NCBI GenBank assembly: GCA_903911145.1
Contig: CAIWCD010000002.1
Coordinates: forward strand, 62,001-126,000
DNA from: an uncultured delta proteobacterium
Lineage (GTDB): Bacteria; Myxococcota; Myxococcia; Myxococcales; 40CM-4-68-19
DNA length: 64,000 nt
Direction of reading: 5' to 3'
A program made the translations under genes and the position numbers. The first letter of the stretch is position 1. Each line of letters starts with the position of its first letter. Of the stretch, positions 62,825-64,000 are shown one piece after another. The notes below the pieces were generated by a model. The model saw only the letters and a program-made list of their open reading frames with translations. It made no database searches and was not told the DNA's origin.

Positions 62825-64000
62825 GCTTCCTGGCGATCTGCTGACGCCGTTCGGCGTCTTCTGTCTCCTCGATCAACAGCAGGCACCCGGCAGCGACGCC
62901 TTCCTCTTCGAGGGCGCGCTCGGTCGCTACAGCTACGTCGGCGTCGCGGACAACTCCCGCGCGAAGAGCGGCCGTTTCATCGTGCGCAACGGCCGCGTCG
63001 TCGAAGATGGTTTGCACTCAAACCATCCTCTCGAGGCGCTGCGCGAAAAGCTCGCGTCGATCGCCACTCCGCGCGCGCCTGGCCTGCCTCCGTTCTGCGG
63101 CGGCCTCGCCGGGTATCTCGGATGGGCCGCCGCGAGATGGAGCGAATCGCTCCCGCAGAGGCTGGGCGCAGATACGCTCTTTCCCGACGCCGATCTTCTG
63201 CACGTGCGCGAGCTCGTCTCGTTCGATCATCGGTCGGGTCGAGCGTGGGCTGTCGCAAGTGGCGATGGCCGCGGCAAGGACTCCCCTGAAGCGTGCGCAG
63301 AGCGCCTTGCCGAACGGGTCCTGGGAGTGTTCCGGGCCGCGCCCAGAGCGGTCCGCAGCGATCGAGCAACGTCTCGTGCAGCTTCGCGCGCGGCTTCGCG
63401 TCGCGGCCACGGAGGGTTCCCTCCGGAGCTGCTTCGCGCCGCAGCTCCCCCGATGATCGCCGATGGGTCACGCCTCGAATCGCTGCTCTCGCCTCTCGGC
63501 GGCGGCGAGAAGGAGTTCCTGCGCAAGGCCCGCCGCGCGCTCGACTACATCCGTGCTGGCGACGTCTTCCAGGTCGTCCTCTCGCAGCGCTTCGAACTGC
63601 CCGACTGTGACGGCTTCTCGCTCTACCGCACGCTGCGCGCGGCTTCGCCTGCGCCGTACCATTTCTATCTGCGACTCGGTGGACGCGAGCTGTTTGGCGC
63701 CTCTCCTGAGTTGCTCGTGCAGGTCGAAGAGGGCGCGGTCGCGGTGCGGCCCATCGCCGGCACGCGCAGACGGGGCGCGACGTTCGCGGAAGACCAGGCG
63801 CTCGAGGCCGAGCTGCGCGCGGATCCGAAAGAGAAGGCCGAGCACGTGATGCTGGTCGATCTCGGCCGCAACGACATCGGCCGCGTCGCGAACATCGGCT
63901 CGGTGCGCGTCCCTCGCCTGCTGGAGATCGAGCGCTTCAGCCACGTCATGCACCTGGTCTCCGAGGTGACTGGCCAGCTGCGACCCGAGCTCACCGCAGT
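62775..64000 (+). CDS. trpE: Anthranilate synthase component I (3' truncated by window; absent from the ORF track)
   Basis: Manual translation: ELPGDLLTP, GRYSYVG, PPFCGGLAGY, DYIRAGDVFQVVLSQRF, PIAGTRRRG, KEKAEHVMLVDLGRND, FSHVMHLVS. Confidence 0.92.
   Translation, partial: MHRFPGVVFGARVHAVELPGDLLTPFGVFCLLDQQQAPGSDAFLFEGALGRYSYVGVADNSRAKSGRFIVRNGRVVEDGLHSNHPLEALREKLASIATPRAPGLPPFCGGLAGYLGWAAARWSESLPQRLGADTLFPDADLLHVRELVSFDHRSGRAWAVASGDGRGKDSPEACAERLAERVLGVFRAAPRAVRSDRATSRAASRAASRRGHGGFPPELLRAAAPPMIADGSRLESLLSPLGGGEKEFLRKARRALDYIRAGDVFQVVLSQRFELPDCDGFSLYRTLRAASPAPYHFYLRLGGRELFGASPELLVQVEEGAVAVRPIAGTRRRGATFAEDQALEAELRADPKEKAEHVMLVDLGRNDIGRVANIGSVRVPRLLEIERFSHVMHLVSEVTGQLRPELTA

Noticed and set aside
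62700..62830. Classical trp attenuator
   Set aside because: No tandem Trp codons and no terminator/antiterminator with a U-tract; the leader ORF overlaps trpE itself.
62754..63017. 87-aa minus-strand ORF
   Set aside because: Lies antisense to the trpE N-terminus, which has clear family motifs.

Overview
High-GC chromosomal window, most likely from a Myxococcota/deltaproteobacterial organism (inferred from the CarF homolog, alpha-2-macroglobulin/pbpC pair, GspE_N-REC-TPR regulator and DGG/DAG-motif lipoprotein). It is mostly housekeeping: proBA-rsfS-rlmH, hflX, pdxH, fumC, a propionyl-CoA carboxylase/methylmalonyl-CoA mutase cluster, glnB-glnA, an RND pump, rsmE/prmA, an M16 peptidase, rpe/rsmB and a trpE missed by the ORF track because it runs off the window. 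Small accessory cassettes are interspersed. I saw no tRNA, rRNA, CRISPR array or transposase. Top leads: (1) a candidate tryptophan-sensing +1 programmed frameshift at the start of trpE, where an apparently leaderless 18-codon ORF carries a prfB-like GGAG-N4-CTT-TGG site that would slip into the trpE frame; (2) a Bd0055-like bacterial histone divergent from carF and a methyltransferase with tandem PqqD/RRE-like domains; (3) a large atypical class III nucleotide cyclase; (4) a bacterial QTGAL/B3GNTL1-like glycosyltransferase; (5) widespread -10-adjacent (leaderless-type) starts; (6) patches of AT-rich synonymous codons inside core genes. All calls come from motif recognition by eye; no searches were run.
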